From Phoronis australis (lineage: Eukaryota > Animalia > Phoronida): a stretch of DNA of 64,000 nucleotides. A program made the position numbers and the translations under genes. Position 1 is the first letter of the stretch. Every line of letters begins with the position of its first letter. Shown here piece by piece: positions 39,388 through 53,391 of the stretch. The stretch spans positions 1,399,745-1,463,744 of the forward strand of contig NMRA01000008.1 in NCBI GenBank assembly GCA_002633005.1, read 5' to 3'. A model generated the notes under the pieces. It saw nothing but the letters and a program-made list of their open reading frames with translations, searched no databases and was not told where the DNA came from.

Positions 39388-41675
39388 TATTATCATTCCC
39401 AAGTTCTAATTCTGTGCTCGCCTCTTTGCTTGAGAAATGGCAGCGCTCAACAGCGTTGACATCTGCGCTCATCCTGCAAAACTGTCAATAAGGAGTTTCC
39501 AGTGAAGCACAGAAAGTCCGAATTGTATGGTTGGTGTATACGATGTGTCAAAGGTCGGGCTAATATGAAAACAATCGGGAGTCTGTTTCGTGCAAAGTGA
39601 CTTAAAACTTCAGACAGAACTTTGGTGTTACGCTCCCATTTCACAATTGGTAAAGGTTTAGCCAAGTAACTACGAGCTCATCACAGTGTAGAAACAATGT
39701 ATAGAAATTATCTCCGTTATTAGCAGTCACGTGTATATTCTCAGAAACTTTGCAATTTGCTCAAGTGAGATTCAATTATTTTTCAGAAATAGTTGAGTGG
39801 AACGTAAGACCAAATTTCTGACTTAAGTCTTAAGTCATTTTTCATGAAACAGACCCCAGTATGTTTCACGGCATAAATACGAAAAAGGATAAGAACGGCT
39901 TTGGCATATTAAGCTGAGATAGAAACGCCACCAGAACTCTTTCTTGTAAACTCTTTATCTTTGAAACAAAATGCTGGTCTAAACCCTTCTCCAAACCAAG
40001 AGGAGAGAGAACTTCGTAAAGATTTTGTTAAATCTGGGTTACTTTAATGGACGATTGTGGGAAAACATTCCAACTTCAAACCACAGATCCTACTTTGTGG
40101 TTATTTTCTTGGGAGTTTGGCCAGATCACGCGAGTCGTCGCGAGATATCGCCGTGTATTGATATCACTACGCGTGATGTCATTTACAATAGCAAATTAGA
40201 AAAACGTTTGGCAGATACTCTTACTGTCCGACTGCACGTACAATATCGAGACGATATTCCGTGAATGTATAGGTAGTAAATTCAAACTGGGTCCCGTTCG
40301 AGTTTTGGAACACCCTGTCAACTACAAGCGTCTGCCCTAGACGGGGCTTTAATGTACGCGGTCTTGTGGTACCCGTGTGAACACGACCATGCGGTGGCCA
40401 CACGCGACGATTGTCGTACCATTCACGTGGTAAGTCTATGTAACTTGAGAAACAACGGGAGACATTTCCAATATTTGAACACAACGTGTCTATACACTAT
40501 ATCGGCTGATTTAAAACGCACTGCTTCACCTGTGCATGGGTAGTTTCCAACCGGTAGGGCAAAAATGTCAACAGAAGGTTTAAATACGTTAGCCTTGTAA
40601 TTCTCTTAAAGAGATCTGATTGCTTATCAAATAATTAGATAAGAGCACCTACCTTGATACATCACTTTAGCTATGAAAATTAATAAGGTCTTCAAATATT
40701 TTTCTAATTATGAGGTAATTTCAATCAGTTTTCACACACGAAGCTTTAAATTTGGTTTTTAAAGCAAACAAATTCATTTCGGCTCAAGACATGATCATTG
40801 TGACAACAAATGTCAATAAAGCTTAAAAATTCTTGCTTGGAGAGTTAAACTGGTTATTATAGTCTCATATCCATAGAAGTGAGTCCTTTGTTTTTCTCAC
40901 TAGTATTCACAACGCTTTCTGGTACGTTTCTCGTGTCATTATAACTTTCGGGCAATAAACCCAGTCTCTTCACGTTAGAATATAAACTGGAACTGAGCCT
41001 GCCAATGGGAGTTTCCATATATTAATACTACATACCATGTACTGGCTACCCTTACAAACATCGTGAGCCACTCTGAGCAGCTTTATAGCCAATTGTAACA
41101 ACGAGGGCGTTTTTCACATTAGAAATGTGCAATTTCTGCCCTTTTGTGAACAGACAACACGGAAGTCAAAACTTACGCCTACTTGCGCTATCTGTTTCCG
41201 AATCAGCCTCGTCGGTTTTGGCTTCGTAGTTTCGAAAAAATAAAAAGTTTGAATTTTATTGACTTATTTTCGAGAAATTATAAGCTTTAAAGCGACTATA
41301 AACCATCGTTCTGTCCAAGGAAGAAATTTTGAATTTAGACCACTCACAGCTGTGAAATTCGTCTCAATTAATACCTTGCTAGGACGAAAAATGATTTCCG
41401 GCTCTACAAAGATCTGTCAGTTAGAGACCATGCTCGGCGCAAGAAGTGACACCTCGCGGCACGCCAACTTGCAAAGCATGGTCTCAAGCAATAACGAACT
41501 TTTAGTCATCACCTACAATTTGATAACGAGACTTGAGACGAACTTCCGTTCTCTAGTTGCTTACTAACTTACTATGATCAATGCCTACGCTACTTAAGAG
41601 TTTTAAATATTATTTACTTGAAATGGTTTACGTACCCAGGATGCCTTGCACCAGGCGCCCTCACGTGGTAGTTTC

Positions 41676-41891
41676 TATCGTTAGTCAAACAGGTGAACGT
41701 TACTTATGTGAATTACGTGCGTAAATTAACTTTAATTTAATCCGTAAAGAATCAATTTACGCCGCCAACTAGATTTAATTCGCACCGTTAAAAGTTAATT
41801 TACGCCGCAAATAATTAATTTACGCCACAAACAAGAATTAGTTTACGCACGTAATTTACCTGCGTAACGTTCACCCACTTGGCCAACGATA
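41676..41891. mobile_element. Palindromic MITE (~54-bp imperfect TIRs) with internal AATTTACGCCGC subrepeats
   Basis: tatcgttagtcaaacaggtgaacgttac...ttacgtgcgtaaa pairs with tttacgcacgtaa...gtaacgttcacccacttggccaacgata. Several aatttacgcc units inside. TA at both ends. Confidence 0.72.
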
Positions 41892-43970
41892 AGTTTCTGT
41901 GCGCATGTATTCGTTTTAATGGCGTTAAAGTAAAATATGAACTATTTCCCCGGGAGATCTCCCTTTCGTTGTATTTTTATGGATTAGATACTCCTGCCTT
42001 CATGACTGGGATCCATAACATGAAAATTAGATAGTCTCCTGTTGCCTGACTCGCCCACGTTGTGTTTCTAAACACTTTCCATCACTCCGCTCTGTGAAGC
42101 GTTAGGAAGTGAGCAACAACTGAACATAAGTTGTAAATTAGGCACAGATTTATGCCCCTAAGAGAACGCTTCGCGTGTGCTCATGAATACCACGCATCAC
42201 ATATACCCAAAACGTAAAAAACTGGAGTTTAGGAGAGATTTGGCGAAACTTCTGTCGCATCCGAGACAAAAATAGTTCGTACAGTGCGCTTTAGTAATTT
42301 CGTCACTAAATTTCATACAACTAAGTATTTTTGACGGAAGTGTTGTGAACATACAGTAACGTATCAGAAAAACTCAAAACCTTTCAAAGATTATAGATGT
42401 GAACGATCAGTCAGGCCGGCCCGCGCGTTGGAGTAAACAGAAAATCACCACCACAAGCGTGCGCTAGCAAGCAATGGAAAGTAGGTGGAGACTTTTTTCC
42501 CAGGCTTCTGTACCGTGCGCGACATGAATAAGATAATACTCGCTAGTATTGGTTCCCGTAGTAAATGTCGTTATGAGCTTTTTCGGGAACAAAAAGCGAC
42601 TGACTGGTGGTGCTTAGAACGCATTTACCCCCAAATGTTTGTCATTAGCTTTTGTCATTTTGTGGTCCTTAATATGACCGTTTTGTGCAAGCTGGACATT
42701 TTAGGCTGACAAATGACGCTTAATTTGATTAATGACTCATAAGCAATCGACAAAATAAAATCGTACTGTCATTTCTAGAGATTCTGCGTTTTCCAGTCAC
42801 CCCGAAAGATAAGCGCAGCATAAAGGGCCCCCATGGTATAAATGGTTTCAGGCCCCAAGTCATTAGATTTCATCCTTTTCACCACAATTTTTGAAGTCCC
42901 CCAGTCGCCAAAGCTTTCGAAGGCCCCCGTGGCGAAAAGACCCTAATTTTCACTTATCTTGGTCGCCTCAATTTTCCAGCTACCAAAGTCACCGCGACGT
43001 TTGAGGGTAACCGCGACGCTGAGGTGTGAAATGGGGGCGCGAGGCACAATATTAACTATTATCCTGAATTGCGCAAGATACCGTTCAACGTCTTTCCAAA
43101 TATCGCGAAAATTGTGCACAATTGTCTTCGTAAGGGAATCAAGATTCACAGCAAGAGCGAAACATTGGTTCAGTTTCACAATCTTCAGTTTGCCTAACGT
43201 ACGGTTGTCTTTCTCTTTCGAAATGGAAGTAATCTTGCCGAATGCAGAATCATGCTGAAAATCAAACATCCTTCTGAGCATGCAAGAACAACAGCTAACA
43301 AACCTAACCTGGTACTCGCATGATTCAGGATGACAGGTCGCGTGTTAGGGAGGGGGGTGTTTTCCACACATGTGCCTGGTGTTAGTAACAGTGGGCACTG
43401 TACCGGTATCTATCAAAAAAGCGCCCAAGGCGGGAGATGGTCCAAAAAACAACTTCATGAAATCGTTGCTCAGGACGCCTTGCCGGAAATCCGCGGTATT
43501 TCCTTCAAACGCCATCAATTATAACAAACACACATAGATTTATCATTCAACAACTCAGGTGATTACTCGATACAATTGGAGCCAGGTGAACGACCCGAAT
43601 TAACAATATGCAGGAAATTGCGTGAATAGCTTGAAAAAGAAGGAAGCGTTCGCAATTACACTCAGTTTTGTCATGTTTGATAACCGCAAAGATGTTATTT
43701 GTAAACAGTCATGAGACGACTACAGAATACACGTCCACTTCACACGAATAGATTTCGAGCAGGTGGGCAGCCGCGAAAACGGATGAAACATTTTATTCAC
43801 CATTTGTGCAGTTTTAAACACTATCCATACGAGCAGCCTTATATACTTATATAAAAAGATAGAAGGAATACCGCGTATCTAAAATTTATTTATAAAAGAC
43901 AATAAACAAACTGTTCCGAGTAGTTGTTTATGAGCACAAGCAAACTACATTGATTACGCTAGTGCTAGTC

Positions 43971-43984
43971 TCGCCATCTGGTGG
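43971..43984 (-). promoter_or_regulatory. CTCF-like core motif
   Basis: Minus strand CCACCAGATGGCGA, close to the consensus CCASYAGRKGGCRS. Motif match only. Confidence 0.45.
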
Positions 43985-45072
43985 TTGCCTGAGTAACATG
44001 ATTCCGTCCTGGTAATGAAGTTGCTACAAACCCAGCTTATGACAAAAAGCTAACGTTTGACTTAAGCCAGTTACCGTCATCAACTTGATCTCATCTTATT
44101 CCTTACTCGGGTTAGACATGACTTCTGGTCTGGGGTAAAGTTAAAGCTGTTCGACTCTACAGCTCAATACGTTAAGAAGCGTTGTCTCTAGCAAATAAGT
44201 GGTCTGCATCAAAATTTTGATAAAAAATGATTTGTAGTCTGGAAACTATCTAATCGGGAAGACTGTCGTGCTTGTGTGGCATTATCTATTGTTTGGGGCA
44301 AAATATCAAAATGGCGATGTTATTTTATCATCAGTTAAGCTCCTTAATCCCTCGAAACCATGACATGTGGTGTGTGAGGTTTTCGTTTTGGGCAACTAAA
44401 CTTGTGAACGCCAGACGTCCAACATTGTGCGTTCTTTTGGAGACCAACGAGTCATATCGAAACAAATTTATCGCCTCCTCGAAATTCAAATCACAAAATC
44501 TAAAATAAAAACAGTCGACGCTTATCTCTTTATAATCTACAGTCTTTTGGAGTCTTGTAATAGTATCTGAAATAATATATTTTGAAAGAACACTAATTTT
44601 CTAAACGTAAGCATATTACTTTTGAATTGACAAACCACCAGGGTTTACCATCACTAGACAGGTTTCTTTTGTCTTTTTTTCACGCCACTTTTAATCAATT
44701 TGCCCTAGAGTGTAGAAAACGAGAGAGCTAAATTTCAAAATACTACGAGCAGTTTGTACTCTGGAGTCATTTGAAACACTAGCTTCCCACGTACTCGTTT
44801 GTAGACAGCTTTGTTCTCATTAATTTATACGAATAAAATATGTGTCAACCATTTTTACGGAACCAAGCGAGGAATAACGAAAATCGTTACTTTCGTGGGC
44901 AGGCACGCGCATCGAGTTTTCCGTCTTATTTATGTGGTGCCTTGCGAGTGAATTCTGCACAGACCCTGGGCGGCAAAAGTAAGAGCATCAAAACCAAGAG
45001 AAAACTGATCAAATAGTGTGGAAAACGGCATCATCATTTGGTGACACTTGATTAAGAGGAAACCTGAGATAT

Positions 45073-45254
45073 TTATGTTTTTTCTTGCGAATTTCGAGCT
45101 ATTCTGAATGACATTTAAATTTAAGTCGTCTTCGTACTTATGCAACATAGTTCGTGGCGTTCCCTGGGCAAAGTAGATTACGATAAAATACTTATGGTTT
45201 TTCTTGAGCATTTTGATCAATTTTGAATGAACTTTAAATTTAAGTCATCTTCGT
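45073..45254 (+). repeat. Degenerate direct repeat (~63 bp x2, period ~119 bp)
   Basis: ttatgttttttcttgcgaa...tgaatgacatttaaatttaagtcgtcttcgt recurs as ttatggtttttcttgagca...tgaatgaactttaaatttaagtcatcttcgt. Confidence 0.6.
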
Positions 45255-47692
45255 CCGATACAATAACTAAAACAAAATGCCTTTAAACACAGCGAAAATC
45301 GCGCATATACCTCCCAGTAACATTGCGCGACTACTAGTTGTTATTCTAGTTCCTAAACAAGTCGCCAGCCGGCAGCACATGCAAGTCTGTAGTTTTGATC
45401 TCATTAAAAAACAGTGCCAGTAAGTTTATTCCTGAATGAGATTTTCTGTTCTTGAACGAGTTTCGAACGGTTGACTGTTCACAAAGGATTGGCAAATAAT
45501 CTTGTTGGCTTGGTAACCGTTACAATTTTAGACTATATTGTGCGCAGATGGTACCTCGACCTCATCCGGCCGCGTTCGTATGTTTAGTTCACGGTGAACT
45601 TGTTCGCAGGTCATAAAAATATGCCATTCCTGAATTGAAACAATACAGTAATACTTCGCCCATTTTGCAAACAAAGTAAAGTGAAGTGAAATTATTTTTC
45701 GTCAAATTTATCAACAAATGTAAAATTAATAGAATTTTAGTATTGTCAAATTACACCTTGTACTGCGGAGGTGTCATAAAGCAACGATGGGTAGTTTCAG
45801 TTAGTTGCAGGAAGGTAATCGTCCTTTGAAAAATGAGAAAATAACTATTTTCGCAATCGATTTTGTCCGAAATAAGTGACGAATCACCGTAACACGTAAT
45901 ACGCTGGAATAAGCTAAGCGCGAGTGCCTGACCAGCTGCGAAGGCGCGTGCAGAGTCGTTTCCACATTGACTTGATTCCCCGTCGTGGACTCGTTAGTCA
46001 CCGTACACTATGGACGATATGACCACTACAGAAGATGCTTCGTGGGCCTTGATACTTTGGTATTACTGTCTTGTTGGACCGTGATGGAATGGGGAGCAGT
46101 TCAATCACGGCGCTGAGAGGTGAACTTTCTAAAAGAAGTTCGTTATGGCACGCCACGTTGAATCCTGTTTCCATGGACCTCCGTGGCTCGTGACAGCACG
46201 AGAATGTTTGTTATCTCGGCCGAGACGTGTGGGACCGTAAGGAGATTTCTGCGTGGACCGTCAAAACACGGAGAAGACTGCCTCTCGCGGACGGACACGT
46301 GAAAGTATTTAGAAGGCGGTCATCTTCAAGGCACCTTAGTTTCACCGGGAGAAGACGCTGCCTACATGGAGACGTGAAGTCACGTGCAGGCCGGTGTTGA
46401 GGTTAGCCAAGAGATACAGGTGGCAAGCCTGATAAATACGTTTTAGTACGTGTTTTGGGTAGTAGTTTAGGCAAAGTGACAAAGCAAAACCACAAACAAA
46501 AGTTTTACCTGCAAAGACTACAAGCGGCCTAGAAGAATGTCCAAATTGTTCCCGGTCAAGAAATTAGTGCACGCCCGTTTCACAACACACTCTCTCTCTA
46601 TGTATGTATAAATATATTGCAGTGTATGTTTTTATAGCGACTGATCTACCGATCTATTTACAACTCTCGCCATTTACATGTATATGTATCATAGAAACCT
46701 AATTTGTCGTGTTTTTGTAAATACCTCTAATACAATTAGCACTGACATTTTCCAGTCTAGAAATGATGTGAACTCGTTATGACTCACGGCATTTGGTGCG
46801 AATTGTTCGATAGAAACGTTCTGATGCTTCAAGTCAGTGTAATGATTATTCAAACAAACCCCTGATGTATACAACCACCTTGGTTGTACGTTACGGTTTA
46901 AATCATGTTTGATTTTTAGCATGATTCACCGCCAGCAGTGTTATTGGGTCTCATTCGATGGATATTAATGTCTCCTACGCTATAACCTGAGAGGAGAAAA
47001 GCAACAAAACGAGAAATCAAAACATCTGTAACCTTCGGCCGACAAATTTGCTGGTGACCGATTCTTACATTTACGACTTATTTTATTTACTTCGCAAAAT
47101 ACGATCAATTGAAATTTCTCCTTCAATAACTGTTGATCATAACTATGTATTAATAAAGCATGAAATGGTTCCACGTGATCAATGCACTGGGCCCACTTGA
47201 GCGACCTGCACACGTCTGGCACAACGTGTGCCATAACGCCTGCAATTGTTTTTTAAAAACTTTTCAGATAATTCGTACAATGCCCAAGTATGCGAAGAAG
47301 TTATACAAAATTTAAAAAATGTTAGAGAGTGCATAACTTAGTGCAAGTACCGCTGTTTCACAGAAATGCAACTACACCTACACGACATAAGCGGTAGGTT
47401 AGTTTTTGTCCCACTTCCGTTGACGTCATGGCACTAACTTAGGGTGCCACGAGGCATTTGCTACGAGAAACATTGGGTTATGGTGCAGAACTTGTGAGTT
47501 AACACACAGTTTCTCTCACAATTCAACAGACTCATCTCGCCACTACTTCAACGAACAGTGGGGCAAAAATCTGTCTTCCTACTTATGTCACAAACGGATT
47601 AATATTCTTTGATCATTTGCGCGTGCGCGTAATATCACAGGCACAGTTCACGAGAACATTGTTTTGACGTAACCTACAGATATTAACTGGTG

Positions 47693-47830
47693 CATGGGCG
47701 GCGCAGCACTGAAAAAAGTGGGGGGCTAAAGCCCTCTCAGTCCCCCTGTGGTGCACCGCCTATAGACCATGTGCGGCGTAGCACTGAAAAAAGTGGGGGG
47801 TCTATAGCCCCCTATGGTGCGCCGCCCATG
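47693..47830 (+). mobile_element. MITE family B head-to-tail dimer, 5-bp TSD (TGGTG)
   Basis: Two units (CATG[G/T]GCGGCG[C/T]AGCACTGAAAAAAGTGGGGGG...) joined by CCGCCTATAGAC. tggtg on both sides (47688-47692, 47831-47835). Confidence 0.85.
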
Positions 47831-48154
47831 TGGTGTTGTTATCACTTTATTCAAAGGGATACTGAACCTTGTTTTTGTAATTTCACCCAAGAGTGTTTCT
47901 CAGTGTTATTATATAATTAGCAAGTTTATACATCTTGATGTTGAGTAATAAAAAGCATTCCTCACTGGGTCACAATGTGAATCTTGCCACAACAGTTCAA
48001 AGTCAAGCAAACTCAGTGTGAAATTTTCATATTTGTTCCAAACGTTTGAGGGTTGACTATAGAATATTATTTTGTTCAAAGATTTCAATGGTCTAAATGC
48101 CACGCTCAAATTGTACCAGCCACCATTATGACACAAGTTGGACCCACATAGGAA

Positions 48155-48220
48155 TAGAAATGCAGTCACATCACATATTGAAAAATTTTTGCAGGTCTTG
48201 GATTTTTTCAGATTCAGGTA
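48155..48220 (+). repeat. Short dispersed repeat fragment shared with ~61580-61641
   Basis: tttgcaggtcttggattttttcagattcaggta versus tttgcaggtcttgtatttttctgattcaggta, with similar upstream aatagaaat...cacat. Confidence 0.5.
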
Positions 48221-48256
48221 GCGTTTTCACGTAAGAACTTACAACCAAGTAAAGGC

Positions 48257-48449
48257 CATGCGCGCACCCAGCCGAATTTTTCGTTATGCGGACCTTTTAC
48301 TGAAAGAAATCAACGAGGACTAATAAAAAAACGGGCCACTAGGTTCAGGCCCACGAATTGGACTTTTGTCTCGTTTACTCGGACTATTTGTTTCATTGAG
48401 GCGGGCCTTTTTGTCCAATTCGCCAGAGCCCTTACTGGGTGCGCCCATG
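48257..48449 (+). mobile_element. 193-bp MITE with CATG[C/G]GCGCACCCAG TIRs, near-perfect 5-bp TSD
   Basis: TIRs match 14/15. Flanks aaggc (48252-48256) and aagac (48450-48454). Confidence 0.72.
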
Positions 48450-48572
48450 AAGACAAAAGTATGTTGTCATGCTAACATAATGTACATCTCCTTCCTCGGA
48501 TAAACCCATTAGTATAGTCTAGTTACGCGTTAACCGATGCTATAGAAAAGAACTACCGGTACAACCTAATAC

Positions 48573-48725
48573 GGCCTCCCGTTCAGTAACGCTAGGACCT
48601 CGTTAAAAAACAAGACTTCCCGATATTACGTGAGATACTTCCGTGCATTTTAAGTGAGAGCACGTGACTAAAACTAGATTTTAGCTAGGTCCTAGCGTAG
48701 GTCCTAGCGTTACTGAACGCACGCC
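48573..48725 (-). mobile_element. MITE family A, copy 2 (inverted relative to copy 1)
   Basis: TIRs GTTCAGTAACGCTAGGACCT / AGGTCCTAGCGTTACTGAAC, with an internal 12-bp duplication (taggtcctagcg x2). Homologous to 6272-6413. Confidence 0.75.
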
Positions 48726-48819
48726 TGGACTTACATTTCAAAAAACGACGTTGCGTTCTCGTCGCGTCAGGATTTTCACTAGCTAATGCCGCCGTTGCAT
48801 TCAGCTGATGTAAGTCCAG
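48725..48819. mobile_element. Short putative MITE with 12-bp perfect inverted ends, abutting family A copy 2
   Basis: CTGGACTTACAT (48725-48736) / ATGTAAGTCCAG (48808-48819). Confidence 0.45.
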
Positions 48820-51800
48820 TATTAGGTTTTAGTTCTTTCCTACATTCATCGACTGGATGTCTAACATTCACCAATTGTTTAGTCATTGTTCTTGTAGGTA
48901 AAACACATCGAATGAGAAGGCCAACTCAACCTTGACAAACATGCAAAAGCTCGATTGAAATAACTTGACAGTAGTCGAGTTCCAAGGTTGTGAATTCAAT
49001 AACTAACAAAATAGTTTGAAGAGATCGCTCTGTAACTGAACCTTTTAAAAGGGTAATGTTAGTCTTTTTCGTGTTTTAAAGACACTCTTTTCCGCTTCAG
49101 TTTCGACAAAAATTTCGTGAAACGGATTGCACCATCTATTAAAGTAGACCAAACATCTTCTAAATAACGTGATAACATGCCGTTATTTTCCTTTCAAAAT
49201 AAACAGACGTTTGAAGTCTTCATTTGGGAATTTCTGGCGGTGAACCAAATTTTACCAACAAGACTATACACAGGCGAAGTTGACGATCGGTATTAAATAA
49301 CGTTAACACATAATATTGCGGTTGAAATTTACAACGTGTCTTTAATGTGTTATTTTTAAGTTGAAAAAACGTATTAGATGTTGGAAATAAGCAAAATAAT
49401 GGAAGACCAGAAAGATCATTTTCAGCGCACCCAATGGCTAAAAAAAGAAAATCGACGTAGGCATTTTACTCTCGTAAAAGCGGTCTCATAATATTTCTTA
49501 CTGAGATAGGATTCTATTTCCATCACCACTAACACCATTCAAACCATCAGCGACAGCGACTCAGAAAAAGATTTCAAAATTCACTCAGGATAGCCAACCC
49601 AAAACTTGCTGAGATTCGAAAATGGCTCACATGCGCGACATTGCCTGTGACTTGAGTTGCCAGTCCACTCGGCTTTAATTCAAGAGCGGGTCACCATGCT
49701 AATGTTTTAAAACCCTAAAGCGCCTCGATTTAGAATTCAACATCGACAGTTAAACAGGGCAAAATGCTACTTTAACAAGACAATATACATGTATTAGTGT
49801 ATGGTTGACGAACTTGGAAGATACCCTTTCCATTACATTCATAATTTAGATCACGTGATGAGTTTCGTCAATCGAAAGATATCACTAAAATATAACCATT
49901 TGCAACTTTCCGTCCATTTTGAGTTTGCCTTATTTTACTATTCATTTTCACGGGGACGGGATTTCCGCGATAACCTCATTACATATGGCGACAGTTGAGT
50001 GAGTACCCATAATGCACGAGTCAGCTGTCACACAATACGGCGGCCATTTTAGGCGGTGGTGCACCACCAAAAATAAAAATCAAACTACATTAAATATTCA
50101 GTTAAGTTTGAAAATTTGTAGTTGCGTTAAATGAGCATTATCGCCTGATCTAACTAGCGTTAAAATCCGTTTTATGGAGTTTTTAACTAATATGAAGCAG
50201 AAAGAGTTTCATTATAGGGTACTATAGCGCTCCTCGTATCTGTATCGTCACTGAAAACATGACCCACCTAGCTCACCTTTCTACAATGAACTCTCCGTCA
50301 AACAACCGAATGCGAAAAGTGGTTCTTTTGTTGTAAGCGCGTTTGTTGTTAGCGTCCGTCGAGTCACACAGAATTCATTGAGTCACAAATAAGGCCAAAC
50401 GCAAAAAAACGAAATTGAAATTGAATCAGGGAAGTTTGTGTTCCTTGACAGTGATAGCCTATGACATGGAGTGGTTGACGAGCGGCTGCTTCTTTCGTCT
50501 TTTCTCGTGGAAGTGTGCAAATTGCTCTAGAACAGATTGCCAAGGAGCAGAGTGCCCCCAGTCACAGAATTTTTGGTTTCTCTGTTGAGTATTTCGCTGC
50601 CAGGGTGGTCTTCGCTGAAGCTGGTTGCACGTTACAGAGCTAGCGCGCTACAGCTGTCAGTGACGGTTAGTGGTGGATACTGGCAAGCTAAAGGTGGGAG
50701 GGTACGATCATCTCGCGTGAAAGACAACATCCGTTCAACATCATGTATGTCTTAGTGCAATATGATTACTAAATCCTTAAATTAAGCCACTAATATATTA
50801 CAAAGAAAGTTCAGTGGAAGCAATTACCCAGCGTTGTTTTCTACGGAGTAGAAATTGGCTTAATTTGCTAGGGAATAAATGAGTGATTGCATTTGCATTT
50901 TTAACCTATATTTTAGATAAAAGCCATTGGAAGCCTATGCAACAAGACAGGATGTCAGTTAATTTTCTGTTATGAATGACTTGACCAGTGTGGGAACACA
51001 TAGATAAAGAAACAGTTCGCGAGTAGATTGGGCCAACCGAATGGTTTCACCTAAAGGCCGAGCAGTTGTAAGCACGGACCGGGATTCAATTTCTGTGAAC
51101 TTACAATTAAACACACAGAAAGACCTCTAAGCGTATCGGTTGAAGTTCGCGAATATCTGCCGGAGAGTAGTTGCTGCTCCCCAAGGTACGGACTGTAGTG
51201 ATTCACGGCTGATCGACAGGAATTTTATAGGGTCAGGTTGCATAAAACTCGTGAACTAATTCGCTACATGAACTTGATTGTTGCATGGCGTCAAATGCAT
51301 TGTTCAAATAATGACAACTTGACACACGATAATGCTACGTCATTGTTGTTATCCACCGTATACTATTGTGCAACCGGTGGTCCTGATTTTGGTTCGTTTC
51401 TTAACCCTGCAACATTGCACTTTCGGACGAAATGAGGTTATTGCCATTGTCTTCTACTTTCATCTAAATTTTAAAGATCAAAGGAACCAGGTGTCTCTAC
51501 GGGTCGTATCTACACCTGTGCTGTGATGGGATAGTACAAAATGACAAAACGATCTAGTTATCAACAACAGCAAACTAGATAACATTAATACTAATGTCTG
51601 GAAAACGCCGCAGGCTAGATGTACCGGAAATTTCTAGAAGACGTTGTCTGGAATATGCAATTTTTGGTCTTTCCTTAGCCCACAAATGCAGGCCTGGGAA
51701 AGTGAATAAAAGAAAGGCATAAAAATATTCTGAAACATGTTCGCGCAGGTACTAAAATGGCTCAAAATGAAAGCTAGAAGGATTTCTGTACACTATTTGG

Positions 51801-53391
51801 TCGAAATAGGAAATGGTAGACACGTGTTGAAGAAACGTATTGCGTCTGTTACAATGACTTATTTTTTCTTTACAATGTCTTTTTTGACAACTCACACTGA
51901 ACTTTACTTAGATTTGCCCAAGAAATACGCCACTAGCATGTCTTACCTGCTCAATTCTCACCTTCAAGTCTCCAAAATTTGACAATTTGGGTTGCACTTT
52001 TATACGTCTAAATGTATCCGTCCTAGATATTCTTATGAAATCTGCTATTGAGCCCCCATCCTCGACAGCACGTTGTGATCGGCAACTAACGCTGTGACGT
52101 AAACTGTGAGAAAATAGACGCGTTGCTCCAAAAATACGCGCGCTCTCTTGTACAGTAGTAGTCAGTGCTGACTGCTTGGGGAATATCGATCACTTGATTT
52201 TTATATTCCAAAATGTAAAGTAGTTGTTACGTTGTTTAGATTTGAAAATGTCTGTACATTAATCGTAGGAGTGGTGATTTTATTCCGTCTTAAAGACACC
52301 CTTTCCTTTATTTTTCACCGCTTTGGAGCATACAGAGTTTAATCGATCAAAATAGGAAAATAGCGTAAATTACAGCTCTACATGTATTTGCGTTTTTACT
52401 ATGAAAGTGAAGTTCAATGCTGGCCAACTTTGGCGGCCATTTTGTTGATGCACCACCGGAAATTCGAAGACTATTGAATTAAAAAGTCCATACATATTTC
52501 TGGATATTTTGAAAACTTGTGATGACGTGTTGAAAGAAAATCATTCGGTAATACGTTTAATTCAGTGGTTTGCGATCAAGTTCTTTTTTAATTTTTCTGA
52601 AGAACTAAAGAGGCGGAAAGCGTATCTTTAACAAAACGTGTTAGTGAATGATATACCTCATGCGAAGGGAATGGAATGAGTGCTCAAATACTCCTAAAAC
52701 ACAGAGCCATTAATCACGCGACTCTGTTATGAGCAACGTTTCACTTTCAAAAAACGGTAAAGTATAAATCGTCAACTTACTTTCCTTTATGGATAATTGA
52801 TTTAGGAGCCCAAGCATTGTAGGCTGTCCAATTGTCTATAAATACATAAAAATGAGATACCTGGAGAAACGTCCTAGAAAATTTGTTAGACATAGGCGAC
52901 TTCGAAATTTATATGAACATTGGGCATGCTGCGAGGGAATCGTGATGCCTTCGCCAAAACGTTTTGAAGACATGTGCTCGGAGAAATTCAGGGTAAACTA
53001 ATGACGACCGGCAGGCGCAGAAATAGGTGTTGTAGACATTAAGTTAATGATTATATGGACATCTGAAAGAGGTCTGTTGAAATTCACACGTTTCACTTTT
53101 TAACGAAACTGCAAAGATCGATATAGAGGCTCAATTGAAAATACAAGGCACAAAATACTCACTGTTATATCTTTACATTGTTTTGGCGAAAGCTTTAACT
53201 TCTCCTTGTCCTATTGAAGATCAAAAATTTCATGACAGGCTTCGATTACAAAGAAATCGCTCAGGTGAAACTTTCTTGGATAAGGCTTTCAAGCGAACGT
53301 CCTGTTTGCAGGCGACTTCAGTGGCGCTATAGTCACTCGCGAGAAACTTGCTGCGAGAAGTCGATCTTGCGTTGTAAGGTCACTCGATCAA

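Noticed and set aside
47693-47830. Repeat-spacer-like pattern suggesting CRISPR
   Set aside because: Only two units, with TIRs and TSD, eukaryotic context and no cas genes. It is a MITE dimer.
51030-51095. Possible tRNA or SINE A/B boxes
   Set aside because: Boxes are too degenerate and no cloverleaf can be drawn.
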